Of a stretch of 64,000 nt of DNA, positions 11,909-23,184 are shown piece after piece. The notes beneath the pieces are model-generated. The model did not search any database and had not been told where the DNA came from. It saw nothing but the letters and a program-made list of their open reading frames with translations. A program made the translations under genes and the position numbers. Numbering within the stretch: the first letter of the stretch is position 1; the number at the start of each line of letters is the position of its first letter. This DNA is from Lama glama (Eukaryota): positions 38,070,001 through 38,134,000 of the forward strand of contig CM052816.1 of NCBI GenBank assembly GCA_028534125.1, written 5' to 3'.

Positions 11909-13905
11909 CTTCATTCTGTGTTTTTTTTTTCCACTTCAAAAACCAGAATTTTATAACTGGCATAAACATTTCCAACGTAGCAAAAACAATTATATACCTA
12001 GAAATAAACTTAACCAAGGAGGAATATTGATCATTTTTGCATATACTTGTTAACCACTTGTATGTCGTTTTTAGGGAACTGTCTATTCAGTTCCCTTCCA
12101 TACATTTTAACTGCATTATTATTATTGTTTAACCATCGAGTTAAATGAATTCCTTATATATTTTGGATATTAACCTCTTATTAGATATATGGTTTGAAAA
12201 TGTTTATTCCTGTTCTGTGGTTTGTCTTTTCACTATGTTCACTTTGCCGTTAGTTTGATGTAGTTCCACTTATTTGTCTTTGCTTTTGTTGTCTCTGCTA
12301 CGGTGTCAAATCCAAAAATCACTATCAAGGCAAATGCCAAAGAGTTTTTTCCTATTCTTCTCTAGAATTTTAGGGTTTCAGGTCTTTTAAGTCTTTAATC
12401 TAATTTGAATTGATTTTTATATATGGTCTAAGATAAGGGTTCAACTTTATTATTTTGCATGTGAATATCCAGTTTTGCTAATACCGCTTATAAAAGAGAC
12501 TCTTCTTTCCCTATTTTATTTTCTAGGCATTTTTGTGGAAGATTGGTTGACTGTATATGCATGGATTTATTTCTGGGCTCTCTATTCTGTTCCACTGGCT
12601 TCAGTAAACAATATTTAAAAAAAAAAACTAGAGACTGCCCATTGCCAAATAGAAAACATGAAATATGGTAATTTATTCTGTCCTTTATAAGATGGTAAAT
12701 ACTGTTAAAGAAATGATAATTTATTTTGCCTTACCTGGTCATTTAAATCTCCTTCACTGTTGCAGTATTTCTACATTTTGTTAGAACTGTAGTCAAATTT
12801 TAGATAGCTACAAATGAAGTGGAAAATTTTTAAATGTCCTGAGAATTCCAACATTTATCAAAGTTTGGTTTATTCAAGAAGCTTTACTCTTGAGGTAAAA
12901 ATCAAACAGAAAACAGAAAACAAGCAGTACAATCATCTTATTCCTCTCCTTTACATTAAAAGATATGCTGTAGTACTAAAATATATACAGAAAGAAAACC
13001 TATGGAGAATTCACCTTTATTTTGTTCATTAAACACCAATGGCAGCTCTTAGGCTGTTTCAGAGAGACTTTAAGAGAAGTTGTTACAGAAGTTTCCATTT
13101 AAAATTTTTGGAGTTTTAAACGATAAGAATATTCTTTGAAGCCAATTTTTAGGGGAAATTACTAAGTTACATAGAAAATGCATGACTTCATGGATCATGG
13201 ATAGAGTTCACAATCTTGTATTGCAACCCTCATGCTGTGCTTTGCCTGTGATTGGTAGCTCAAAGGCATCATTTTGAGTGGAATCACATTGTTTAGGAGT
13301 AGTAACTCATGCTGTTCTACTACAAAGCGATCAGTAACACAGAGACCAATTGGATAGGATAGGAGAAAAAGGAAAGAGGCAGTTGAAATGCTATTATTTC
13401 TAACATTAAAGATATTAAGATGGAAGATAGTGAGAGTGGCCTGAGTAGAAATTATATTAACTTTTATGAAATATTTAAAAATACATACTCATGGCCTAAT
13501 AACTCTCAAGTAAGATATATTTTCAGAGCATATATTTGGATAGGTATAGCACAGCATAAAACATGATATTTATAAGATATATAAATATAACCTCAAACTG
13601 ATTAAAACTGGTTTACATCAATAAACTGACTCTATGAAGCTAAGTTATATAACTCCCAAAGACAGTTCTACCATTGTCTTTAAACATTCCTCAGTAAAAT
13701 TAAATGTATTCCATATGTTTAGGATTACTTTTTATGTTACAAAGATAGCAGTTGGTGATATAATTTTATTATTTGACACTTCTCAAGGCTTTAATATCTT
13801 TAATATAAACCTGATACATAATGTCAGGAAATTGCACCTTGATGAAGATGAATAACCTATAATCTGCAGAGATTAATAATTTACTTAAAATTATCCAGTT
13901 TACAT

Positions 13906-14030
13906 ATTTTTTTACTGACATATAGTCAGTTTACAATGTTGTGTCAATTTCTGGTGTACAGCATAATGCTTCAGTCATACATGAGCATACATATATTCAT
14001 TTTCATATTATTTTTCACCATAAGTTACTA
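13906..14030 (-). mobile_element. Short camelid-type L1 3' end
   Basis: TAGTCAGTTTACAATGTTGTGTCAATTTCTGGTGTACAGCAT antisense L1 tail, similar to 8640-8770. Confidence 0.75.
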
Positions 14031-14074
14031 CTAACAACTTTTGATTAAAGAAACTCTGTTCACAAAACTTGAAG

Positions 14075-14250
14075 AATAGTGTTGAACAGAGTATAAATGA
14101 AGATAAGTCTGGAGACTGAGAGAGTCAGTTTCAAATCCTGACTATGGCATTCGTTAATTCTGCGTCTTTGTATAAGTTCCTTAATAATGCCCTGTGACAT
14201 ATTTTCTTCTTTTTAAAAATAAGAATGTATAGCTAAGTTATCCCTAAATC
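14075..14250 (+). mobile_element. MIR fragment
   Basis: TTCAAATCCTGACT...GCGTCTTTGTATAAGTTCCTTAA MIR-like motifs. Confidence 0.5.
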
Positions 14251-14362
14251 ACGTCCTGTTCTATGTAACATTTTCTGTATCTAGTACTCATTTGTTAACA
14301 CCCATAATGCAACTTTCATATACATTAATTCAGCATTGAAAGTCAACTACCAATTAAGTTTT

Positions 14363-14487
14363 CTTTTTTTTTTTTTTTTGAAGGGAGAAGTAATTAGGTT
14401 TATTTTTTAGAGAAGGTACTGGGGATTGAACCCAGGACCTTGTGCATACTAAGCATGCACTCTACCACTTGAGCTATACCCTCCTCC
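14363..14487 (-). mobile_element. tRNA-derived SINE, Vic-1 type (camelid)
   Basis: Minus strand reads GGAGGGTATAGCTCAAGTGGTAGAGTGCATGCTTAGTATGCACAAGGTCCTGGGTTCAATCCCCAGTACC (Pol III A and B boxes), then AAATAAACCTAATTAC and an A tail. Confidence 0.88.
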
Positions 14488-14728
14488 TGCTAATTCACTT
14501 TTTATCAGTATGGATGAACATAGAGACAAGGCAGTATTGACCACAAAGATTCAATAGACCAAAGGAGCAAGTTCATCTATGTACAGTTTTACCAAATCAT
14601 ATACTTTATTGTTACATTTATGTTGAAGGATGATTCATCAGGCACCCTTTCCTAAAATAAAATCACTTTTTAAAAAATTACTAAATAATATAATGTATTA
14701 TAACGTAATTTTTTAAATTTGTTTATCT

Positions 14729-15087
14729 TGAGAGGTTTCTGGTTAGTTCCCTTTCTTGAGTAGTTCAATCCACACCCAACCTTAGATTGGGCTCTCATAC
14801 TCCTGGTCCATGATGCACAAGCCCTACTCAACCCAGGGTCAGGTGAAGTAGTCCAGACAACTAGGGTCAGCCCCTATGTTCTAGAGACCAAAAGAAATTA
14901 TTAAATTGGCCAGCCTGCAAGGATTCTGGGAAACCTAGCTGACTCCATTCCCCCTTGCCATACGTAAGCGCCCCCTACAGCTCCAGCCTGCTGTTACACT
15001 CCACTCTCCCAGCTGCAAATCCCATGCGATCTCTCATTAACTGTGCTGTGTCCTGCCATCAAAAGAATCTTTAAATCTTATAGAAGA
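14729..15087 (+). mobile_element. 5' LTR of degenerate class III ERV (MER54/MER73/MER74-like ERVL LTR)
   Basis: CCAGACAACTAGGG.CAGCCCCTATG motif; directly repeated at ~16272-16485; followed immediately by a PBS. Confidence 0.75.
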
Positions 15088-15089
15088 AC

Positions 15090-15107
15090 TGACACTATGA
15101 GCAGAAT
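15090..15107 (+). promoter_or_regulatory. Degenerate retroviral primer-binding site, tRNA-Ser(CGA)
   Basis: TGACACTATGAGCAGAAT versus expected TGGCGCTGTGAGCAGGAT (14/18; all four differences G>A), about 2 nt after the LTR end. Confidence 0.65.
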
Positions 15108-15298
15108 GGCATGCCAGCCTTCCAATACAATTAATTGTATTATAGATATTATTTAGATTTATTGAATAAGCTCTACATATAGATTTGGATAATTTTTCCC
15201 CACTTATAACATAGAGAAAACAAATGGCACCTCACAGTAGATTCCTACTGTTTTACTGATGTGGTCCTCGCCCTCATTAAGGCCCTACTCAATACCCA

Positions 15299-15666
15299 TG
15301 TTACGGACTGAACTGTCTCCCCAAAATTCATGTTGAAGTCCTAATCCCTAGTACCTCAGAATTTGACTATGTTTGACGATAAGGTCTTTAAAGATGTAAA
15401 AGGAGGTCATACAGGTGGGCCCTAATTCAATATGACTGGTTATAAGAAGAGGAAATGAGGACACAGCCTTACAAGAGGAGAGACCACGTGAAGACAGAGG
15501 GAGAAAATATCTACCAGCCAAGGAGCGAGGCCTCGTAATGAAAGCAAACTTGCCAATACCTTGATCTTGTACATCTAACCTCCAGAACTGTGAGAAAATC
15601 AATGTTGATTCTTTAAGCCACCCAGTCTGTGGTGCTTTACCATAGTAGCCCTAGGAAACTAATGCA
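15299..15666 (+). mobile_element. MLT1B MaLR solo LTR inserted into ERV pol
   Basis: TGTTACGGACTGAA...AGTACCTCAGAAT...CCAGAACTGTGAGAAAAT...AAACTAATGCA; perfect 5-bp TSD ACCCA (15294-15298, 15667-15671). Confidence 0.92.
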
Positions 15667-16270
15667 ACCCAATATTATTGAAATTACTAACTCTGTCCAA
15701 TCTGCAACCAGTAAAAATTTTGCTATTATAAATTTGGCTGATACATTCTACTCAGTGCCTCTTCCAACAGCCTCTCAGCCGCAGTTTGCCTTTACCTGTA
15801 AAAGGACCAATACATCTTTCCTGGGCTAACCAACGGCTACCTCTGCTGCTTTGCCGTGACACACCCCTGTCTTTACCGACAAGATCTTAACTGCATCTGT
15901 CTTTCTCCAGGAACCCTGATAACGTTACATTGATATAACATCTTTCTCCAAGGGATTACACTGGATCTTTATTAAGGACATGTCATTCTAACATTTTTTA
16001 GTCCTTTCTGGATTCTGGAGGCAACATATCCCTTATTTACAAATTCTACTTAATATCACGGATGCTGCTCCTTACAAATCAGCCCACTTAAACAGAGCTC
16101 CTTCCAACAAAAAGTCCTGAAATGTGTCCAAATTAAAATCAGTGGGCATTCCTGCTAGTACCCTCAGAGACTCCCTCACTGCAGAGCTTTCTGTAACCTC
16201 CTTGTACGCCTCCTAGAATCTCTGGACCACCTATGATAGCATAAGTCGTCCATGGGCTTCTGACGTAAAA
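15667..16270 (+). pseudogene. Retroviral pol remnant (RT and connection domain), frameshifted
   Basis: FAIINLADTFYSVPLPTASQPQFAFT resembles the RT motif-A region of ERVL-type RTs; YID remnant of YxDD at 15926; 'NLW...PMGF*' connection-like segment at ~16215-16265. Confidence 0.8.
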
Positions 16271-16271
16271 A

Positions 16272-16485
16272 AATAAGTAGCTAACCCTACCCACTTGCCA
16301 TAGATAAGCAGCTCCCAGCAGCTCCAACTTGTTGTTAACCTGTCCCTAGTACAACGCACTGTGTGGCCTTGTCTGGCACTTTTCTCTAGTTTGGATTTAT
16401 AAGAACAGTCAGTTCTATCTTTCATCTACACAAATGTCATTGTGCTGTGTCCTGCCATCAAAAGAGTCTTTTTACTCTCATAAAT
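16272..16485 (+). mobile_element. 3' LTR (5'-truncated) of the same ERV
   Basis: Similar to 14935-15085, including 25 identical bp TGTGCTGTGTCCTGCCATCAAAAGA. Confidence 0.75.
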
Positions 16486-17069
16486 ATGTATGCAACAGAC
16501 ATCCCTGGCAATAGACCATATGTGGAATTAAGTAAGGTTAATATATTCAGGAAACTTACAGAGAGGAAAAACTGCCTATTGTCTAGGTGAAATAAACTGT
16601 GTTCTGTTTTGGAGAACTTGAAATATAAGGTACCCTTAAGATCTCTCACCCCAGGCATGATCTGTTTCTACATATTAAGATACCTTAAAATTTAAGCTTT
16701 ATATTTGATTTTGAAACCACACACACCACTCTTCCAATCTTTCACTCAAATTCTTGTTCATGATGTAAATGTCTCCGGTGAGGAGCTGTGGTAAATTTCT
16801 GACTCCTGAGTATCTAGGATGAGTTGAAGGTATTTGTAAAAATTACATGGAAAATGAGTAAGTACAAAGATAAAGGTTGGTTTTTATATCACCTCATGCT
16901 GGTGGTCTTTGGTAATGTAAGATTGACAACAGTTTAGAAATGGGACAGAAACCATAGGTGATACATGTAATAAATGCTACTAAGCAGGGTTTAGAAATTC
17001 TTAATTAAAATACATTTTGAGAAAGTGATGAGATATTGACATAGAAATATATTGCCTATGTTCCTTAAT

Positions 17070-17245
17070 TAGCAGCATGGTATTAGGCAAATCAACTAAC
17101 TTACCTAAGCCCTAGTGTACTTATATAGAGAGAATTATAGTAACCACTTCATAGGTTGTAAGTATTAAATGAATCATGTAAGTGTAAAGCATTTAGCAGT
17201 GTTCATAGCATGTAGTATGGACTCAAATTATACGTATCAGCAGTA
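17070..17245 (+). mobile_element. MIR SINE
   Basis: GGCAAATCAACTAACTT...CATAGGTTGT...GTAAAGCATTTAGCAGTG. Confidence 0.7.
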
Positions 17246-18605
17246 ATATTAATATTTTAATTATTAACTCCTATTAAGGGATATCTAGGCACAAACGATT
17301 TTAAAAAATAAAGTAAAAACAGGTGCTTGATGACTCTTCAGTGACCAAAATGAGATACTTGGTAAATGTGGATAAAATATGAACCAGAAGGGTTATATAA
17401 GTCATCCCCATCACCTCCTCCAAAAGCTGGGAACCTATTACAAAGCACAGTGAAATTTTCAGAACCCTAAAATGCCTGCTATGTGGTTAAAAGACTTCCA
17501 AACATTCCAAGCAACAAGTAAAACAAGCTTGTCAAAATCATCTCTGTGCCCTGGAAAAGTCCCCAAATTCTCAGACATGCACAAGTCAGCTGACCCAATA
17601 TAGCCTGTATTTTACATTTAAAACTCAAATCCAGCCTTCCCTTTCCTTTGGGTAGAAAAATTTGCTACCGTTTTCAGGTACTTTTCAAGTTTTTATGCTA
17701 TTTGAAGGACACATTGCCATTGGATTTAACTGAATAATTTAAATTTCCCTTAACATTTTAGCAATTCATTCCATTTTTTAAACTGTATTTCTAAACCACA
17801 CATGTTTCCTTGAATTTTTGTATTATTCACATAGGCTATAATCATTAGGAAATGATTATTTTTGCTATATATAAAAAATCAGACCATCTGAGCAAATGTA
17901 TTCATAGAAATTGAAGTCCTGTAGAACCAGTTATTAATATTCCATGAATAAATGCATTCATGAGAATATGATTTGAAGACAAAGTTCTTCTTAAAAACTA
18001 GACAAACTCATGTTTATTCATTTTAGTTTCTATGGAAGAGTTATTTTGATACACACTAGAATAAATGATCTATGTAAAAGTGCTAAAATGATATCTACTC
18101 AATTATGTACAATTTTTTTTCTGTCAAATCAATAGGTTTTCAAAGCCAGTATGTTATAATATCAAATAAAAGACAGTTCACATATGAAATCTCACCTGTT
18201 CACCATTTCAACATATCTTTGTTAGCATAGATATTAGAAGAATTTTAAAGAATATATTTTTCTAATATATAATTATAATGTGAAATAAATAAAAGAGGGT
18301 ACAGATTCTTAAAGTAACTAACAACTGAAGAAGATCAATTAATAATTTTTAAAGTATAAAATTTATTATACAATTTATATGTAAGTAAACTTGCTAAATT
18401 ACAGTATGTATCTAAACTCACTTTTAAAATTGGATATCAGAATTAAAAATAGAATTGCAGCTTTTTACTTTATTTTTCATTCAAGTAAGTGTATATCAAC
18501 CTCCTTAATTTTAATGCTCAAGATTTTAACTCTATTTGAGGTAAAGTATGTTGTCATAAATTCCTTCAATACACATACTATCTTACTAAATTAATGACTA
18601 CATAT

Positions 18606-19062
18606 TGTATTAGTCAGGGTTCCTCAGAGAAAGGGAACCAAGAAGATGTATACATACACACACAAGAGGTTTATTTTAAGGAGTTGGCTCATGAGATCCT
18701 GGGGGCTTGGTGAGTTCAAAACCTGATAGGAAGGGTGGCAGACTGGAGACTCAGGGAAAGAAACTGCAGTCTAAGTTCAAAGTCACTCTGCTGGTGAAAA
18801 AGGAAGAGTCAATATTGCAGATAAAGTCCAAGGACAATTTGCTAGAGAATTGCTGCTTGCTCTGGAGACGTCAGCATTTTGGTCTACTCTGGCCTCCAAC
18901 TGATTGGATGAAGTCCACTCACATTATACAGGGTGATCTGCTTCCTCAGAGTCCACTGACTGAAATGTAAATCTCACCCGGAAACACTCTTATAGAAACA
19001 TTTTCACTAAATATCTGAACTCTATGGCATAGCCAATTTGACATAAAATATCAACTGTCACG
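18606..19062 (-). mobile_element. ERVL solo LTR, MLT2 family
   Basis: TGTATTAGTCAGGGTTC...AAGGAGTTGGCTCATGAGAT...AACTGATTGGATGAAGTCCACTCACATTAT...TTGACATAAAAT. Confidence 0.88.
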
Positions 19063-19974
19063 TACTTGTACTTTCTTTATAGCAAATATAATAACTAAAC
19101 AGAATAACTACAAGTACATACTTGATGTGTTTGGACTTGATATTATACTAAGGTTTGACTATAGTTGATCACTGTTGATGTATTGACACTGATGATATCA
19201 GTAATGAGGCATCTTTCACCTCATATCCTACAGATAAAAATTTCTTGAAGGAAAGTTACCCTTTTATATTATAGACTATGTTTAAAATATCACAATAAAA
19301 TTATCATCATTATGAAGTAACTTTTACTTCCATTAGAAGGGGCTGGCTAAGAGTCCCATCAGATCACAGAATATAGAAGAACCTGTTTTCTTGCTGCCTT
19401 ACAATTCTCTAAAGTAGGAAAATCCAGCTGAAATCGAAGTCTGTTTCCCATGTCACAGCAGGACTAAAAAGAACTGAAGTTGAATGTGATATGGTGTGAG
19501 ATATTCCTCTCTAAAATGGCATCCCTCAAGTTGTTCAACTTCAAATAACATCAGTATCCTATTTCTATTTTTTTAGGCTAAAGAACTTAAAATACTTCTT
19601 TCTTCAACCCATCTCTCACATTGTATACAATTTTCAAATCTGTTATAATCTGGATCATTTCCCTTTCTCATTTTCATGTTAAAATGTTCTAAGCTTGCAT
19701 CCTTGGATTTTTTTTCATTCTTCTCACTATAGTCTTCTCTACATTTATTTTCTGCCCACTATATCTGATCAATATTTTCTAGATTATGATGTGCAAATAA
19801 TATTCCTCAAACTTGATTTATGTGGACATTTAAAGTTTTATTAAATTTGAATCATCCAGTAGAACACTAGTCTAAAATAAACCTTCAGAAAATAAGTTTC
19901 ATGTATGTATCTGAAAACATCATGGTGCATGTCTTTCCTGTAGCATCATAGCAGCAGCATCAAATTCTGAGAAA

Positions 19975-20400
19975 TCATCCATTCACACAATGACCCAGCA
20001 CTTAGTACCTACCAAGAGCAGGCTCTGCTCTGGACATTTTATATACAGCAGCAAACAAAGAAGGAATAAAACCCTTACTGTTGTTGAGTATATACGTCAC
20101 ACACTATATGCCACATACTAAATGCTATAATGGAAAGTAAAGCAGAGAAAATAAGTAAGGCAATGCTATTTTTCATGTTTGTATTAATTGAGTTATAACC
20201 TACACAGAGTAAAGTACATAAATCCTATGTGTGTAGCTCAAATAATTTTTGTTTAATATATAACTATATAAGAACCCACATCAAGACATAAAGGGTAATA
20301 TTTCAGATTGAGTATCAAGAAAGTTCTCACTAACAAGCTGATATTTAAGCAGAAAGCTAAAGCAAGTAAAGAAGCCAGCATGTAGTGCTCAGAAGAAATA
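19975..20400 (-). mobile_element. L2 fragments with a short old L1 3' piece (~20170-20290)
   Basis: CATCCATTCA...CACTTAGTACCTACC L2 tail-like sequence; TTAATTGAGTTATAACCTACACAGAGTAAAGTACA L1M-type tail. Confidence 0.5.
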
Positions 20401-20879
20401 ATTACATTTTATTTAACCTGGAATTTCCAATGATTTGATTATGCAATCTATTACTTATGAACTGTTAACATCCTGAAGAAATGTTCTGCATAATACACAG
20501 AGAGGTAAGTAGATATAATTTGCCTTTCTTATGACACAATACTGTGTCTTCAAGTATTTCAGAAAAAGTAACTCCTTACTCAACAATAGTTCATTCCAGA
20601 CCAGGCATATGATAAGTAATCCTCATATTTATTTCCACTACTTTTTTTCTTGGTGTACAGGAATTCTTCACACTAAAAGTTCGTGTTCTTGGTCTACTAC
20701 AAACTTCCTCACCATTCTAGAAGTTAATTACAGTTTTCTCAGATCATTCCTTTACCTTTTATAGCTATTTTGCATTTGACCCTAAACTCTAGAGTAATCA
20801 ATACACAGTTTTTCTATATATGTTGTCTTCTTTTCGTAAGTATATAGTTTATGTTTCTATGTGCTTCATATTTAAAGTT

Positions 20880-21850
20880 TCTGTATCTACAATGAAATTT
20901 CCCATCTGATCGTTCACTATGGCTACTTTTCCTAATTTCCTTGAGTATACTTTTAACAGTTGTTTCAAAGTCCTGTCTGCTTATTCTAACTTCTAGGTAA
21001 TCTCAGGAGTAGTTTTTATTCATTGTCTGCTCTCTCATCTAAGGGTAATATTTTTCTATTTTTTCACACATCAAGTAGATTTTAATTGCACACTGGACAT
21101 TGCCAATGACAGCTTTCGTTATCTTTCTCTAAATGTTGATTTTTGCTCTGGAGGGAAATTTACTGTTTCGTAGATTTTCCTTATCCTGTTAGTCTTGATA
21201 TTATTTTTTTCTAGGAAAAGTATGTTACAGTTTTTACTTAGCTCTTCAATATGGCATTTAGAGTATGTTTTTGTTTCTTACGACGTGGTATCAACTAAAT
21301 GTGTCATTGTTCAGAGAGTCCCTCTGTTCAGGGTAGGCCAGCACTGACGTCTCCCAGCAGTACCACCTTTAGGATCCGTGATCACCCCAATAGCAGCTGT
21401 TGTTTCTCAACCTTGCCAAGCCTCGCCCTCTGAATGTATATTCCAGGAGTCAGTCAAGGGCTCAAGGCTGAGCCCTTCGCAAATATCTACTTAATCTAAC
21501 TCCCTCAGCAACTCTTTTATCTTCGGAATCCTGCTCATGAATTCCAGATGCTTTATAGCCCAGAAACATCCCCTATGCCTACTAACTTTAGGAGACCATC
21601 ACATTCTGTCAGGCTTCACTTCCCTGTGACACAGTCAGCAAGGTGTCCCCGGGCAGGAAGGGTGGGGAACTTCGGGCTCATCTCTCATGTTTGCCTTCCA
21701 TAAAAGATTCAAGTCCTATGTTGCCTTTTTTCCAGTGCTTAAAAGGAGTTCCTACAAATATCTGCCTACTTTTTTAGTATTGTGTTAAATTTTAGAAGCT
21801 CATATCTGGTACCACCAGTTACTCTATTGTGCCCGAGTGGACTATCACTG
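20880..21850 (-). mobile_element. Old L1-related (L1M/HAL1) 5' region fragment
   Basis: TTCAAAGTCCTGTCTGCTTATTCTAAC...ATCTCAGG antisense old-L1 motif followed by a higher-GC 5'UTR-like tract. Confidence 0.5.
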
Positions 21851-22569
21851 TTTTTAACTTTTTAAAATTTTTCTCAAATTAAATATCTTACCTATTTTTC
21901 CCAAAAATTTAGGTCTCCTTCTCCATTCTATTCCATTTTTCAGATTAAAAAACAGAGGTTACTGAAGTTTTTTAGTTACAATGCTAAAATATTCTTAAAG
22001 TTCTTAAAATTTTTTAAATTTCTTAAATTAGAATTCATGACTTGGCACTTTGCTTTCTCTATTACACTATAGTGTTTTCTGAATATGCGAAACTGTGTTA
22101 CCTAGGAAATTATAATGGTTACAAATTACATAAAAATATTCTAAATACTCAATTGCTGAAGTTTTTACTACTTTTTTTCTTACTCTTTTCTGATTTTTCA
22201 GAAAATGAAAACTTCCTTAAGATATCAATTTTCTTGGTTTTATTTGTTTGAGCTTTCCATTCTTAGGACTCTGACAGAAAAAAAAAAATGAGCCGCAGAG
22301 TATAATATCTCTATCTCATTTTATGCAATTTTTTCAGAGAAATGAAAAGCTAAAATTAAAGAAAAGCCTTTTATCCTGGAGTTACTGTAAAAGTGTCATG
22401 AAATCATCCAAAAGATTCTAACTTTTCATGTTTATATATGAAATCAGACAATAACCATGTTATTTGCTCATTTTTAATTATTCAGTAAGTCTCTTTCTGT
22501 CCTTGTTTTCGTCATGAAATGCCCCTACTTTCATTTGCTTCTGCTAGGTCTTAGCAACCTAAGAGAGTT

Positions 22570-22632
22570 TTATATATATATATGTGTGTGTGTGTGTACA
22601 TATATATATATACATACTTTTTTTTTTTTTTT
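22570..22632. repeat. Compound (TA)n(TG)n(TA)n microsatellite plus poly-T
   Basis: Seen directly. Confidence 0.9.
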
Positions 22633-23184
22633 AGTTTACTAACATAACAGCAACCTCTCCCAGGCAAAATTTGCTCCCCTCCCACTGCATATTTAGAAGA
22701 ACTTTGAAATTCCATCACAAACAAACGAAAAGATTTGTCCTTGGTAAAAATACACTCAGTTCAAGTGGTCTGCAAATTATATCCCCCAAAACTGTAGGGG
22801 GTAATTGCAATTTCCCTACAAGTAAACAAATTCCTTTCTCACACCCTAGTTTCCAGGGATTTACTGTCAGTGGGTTTCACAGCACTGAGCTAGAAATACA
22901 TAATGAAAGGGAGGAAATAAAGAACTATTTAACTTATACTGATCAAGAAATAGAACCATATTTTTCTGCACCACTGCTATTTCTCAGCAGTCTACATATG
23001 TACTGGCTGATATACATTCCAGATCCCACAGGCTCTTGAAACTTAAAGACCTCAGTGTCCTTGGCCTGCTTATGGCTTACAAGAGACATAAATATAGTTT
23101 GGGGATTAGGAATAGAGGCATTGCATGTTGCAAATTTTAAATTGTCAATTAAAAAGCATTGCTGAATCCTGGGTAGAAACTGCC

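Larger units (their letters stand above)
9980..12602 (-). mobile_element. L1MA9-like LINE-1 (3'UTR + ORF2 end), interrupted by a younger L1 at ~10888-12022
   Basis: Antisense L1MA-type 3' end (AAGGTGTACAACATGATG...), continuing through CATTTCCACCAACAGT and GTTTTGATTTGCATT, resuming at ~12023; degenerate TSD AGCAATCAATATTT (9966-9979) / AGTAAACAATATTT (12603-12616). Confidence 0.85.

Noticed and set aside
12735..12845. Minus-strand coding exon ending at CAG|GTAAGG
   Set aside because: Good donor, but stop codons in all three frames upstream and only weak acceptors.
14415..14487. tRNA gene
   Set aside because: The tRNA-like head is followed by a SINE-specific tail and poly-A, and the acceptor stem pairs poorly; it is a SINE.
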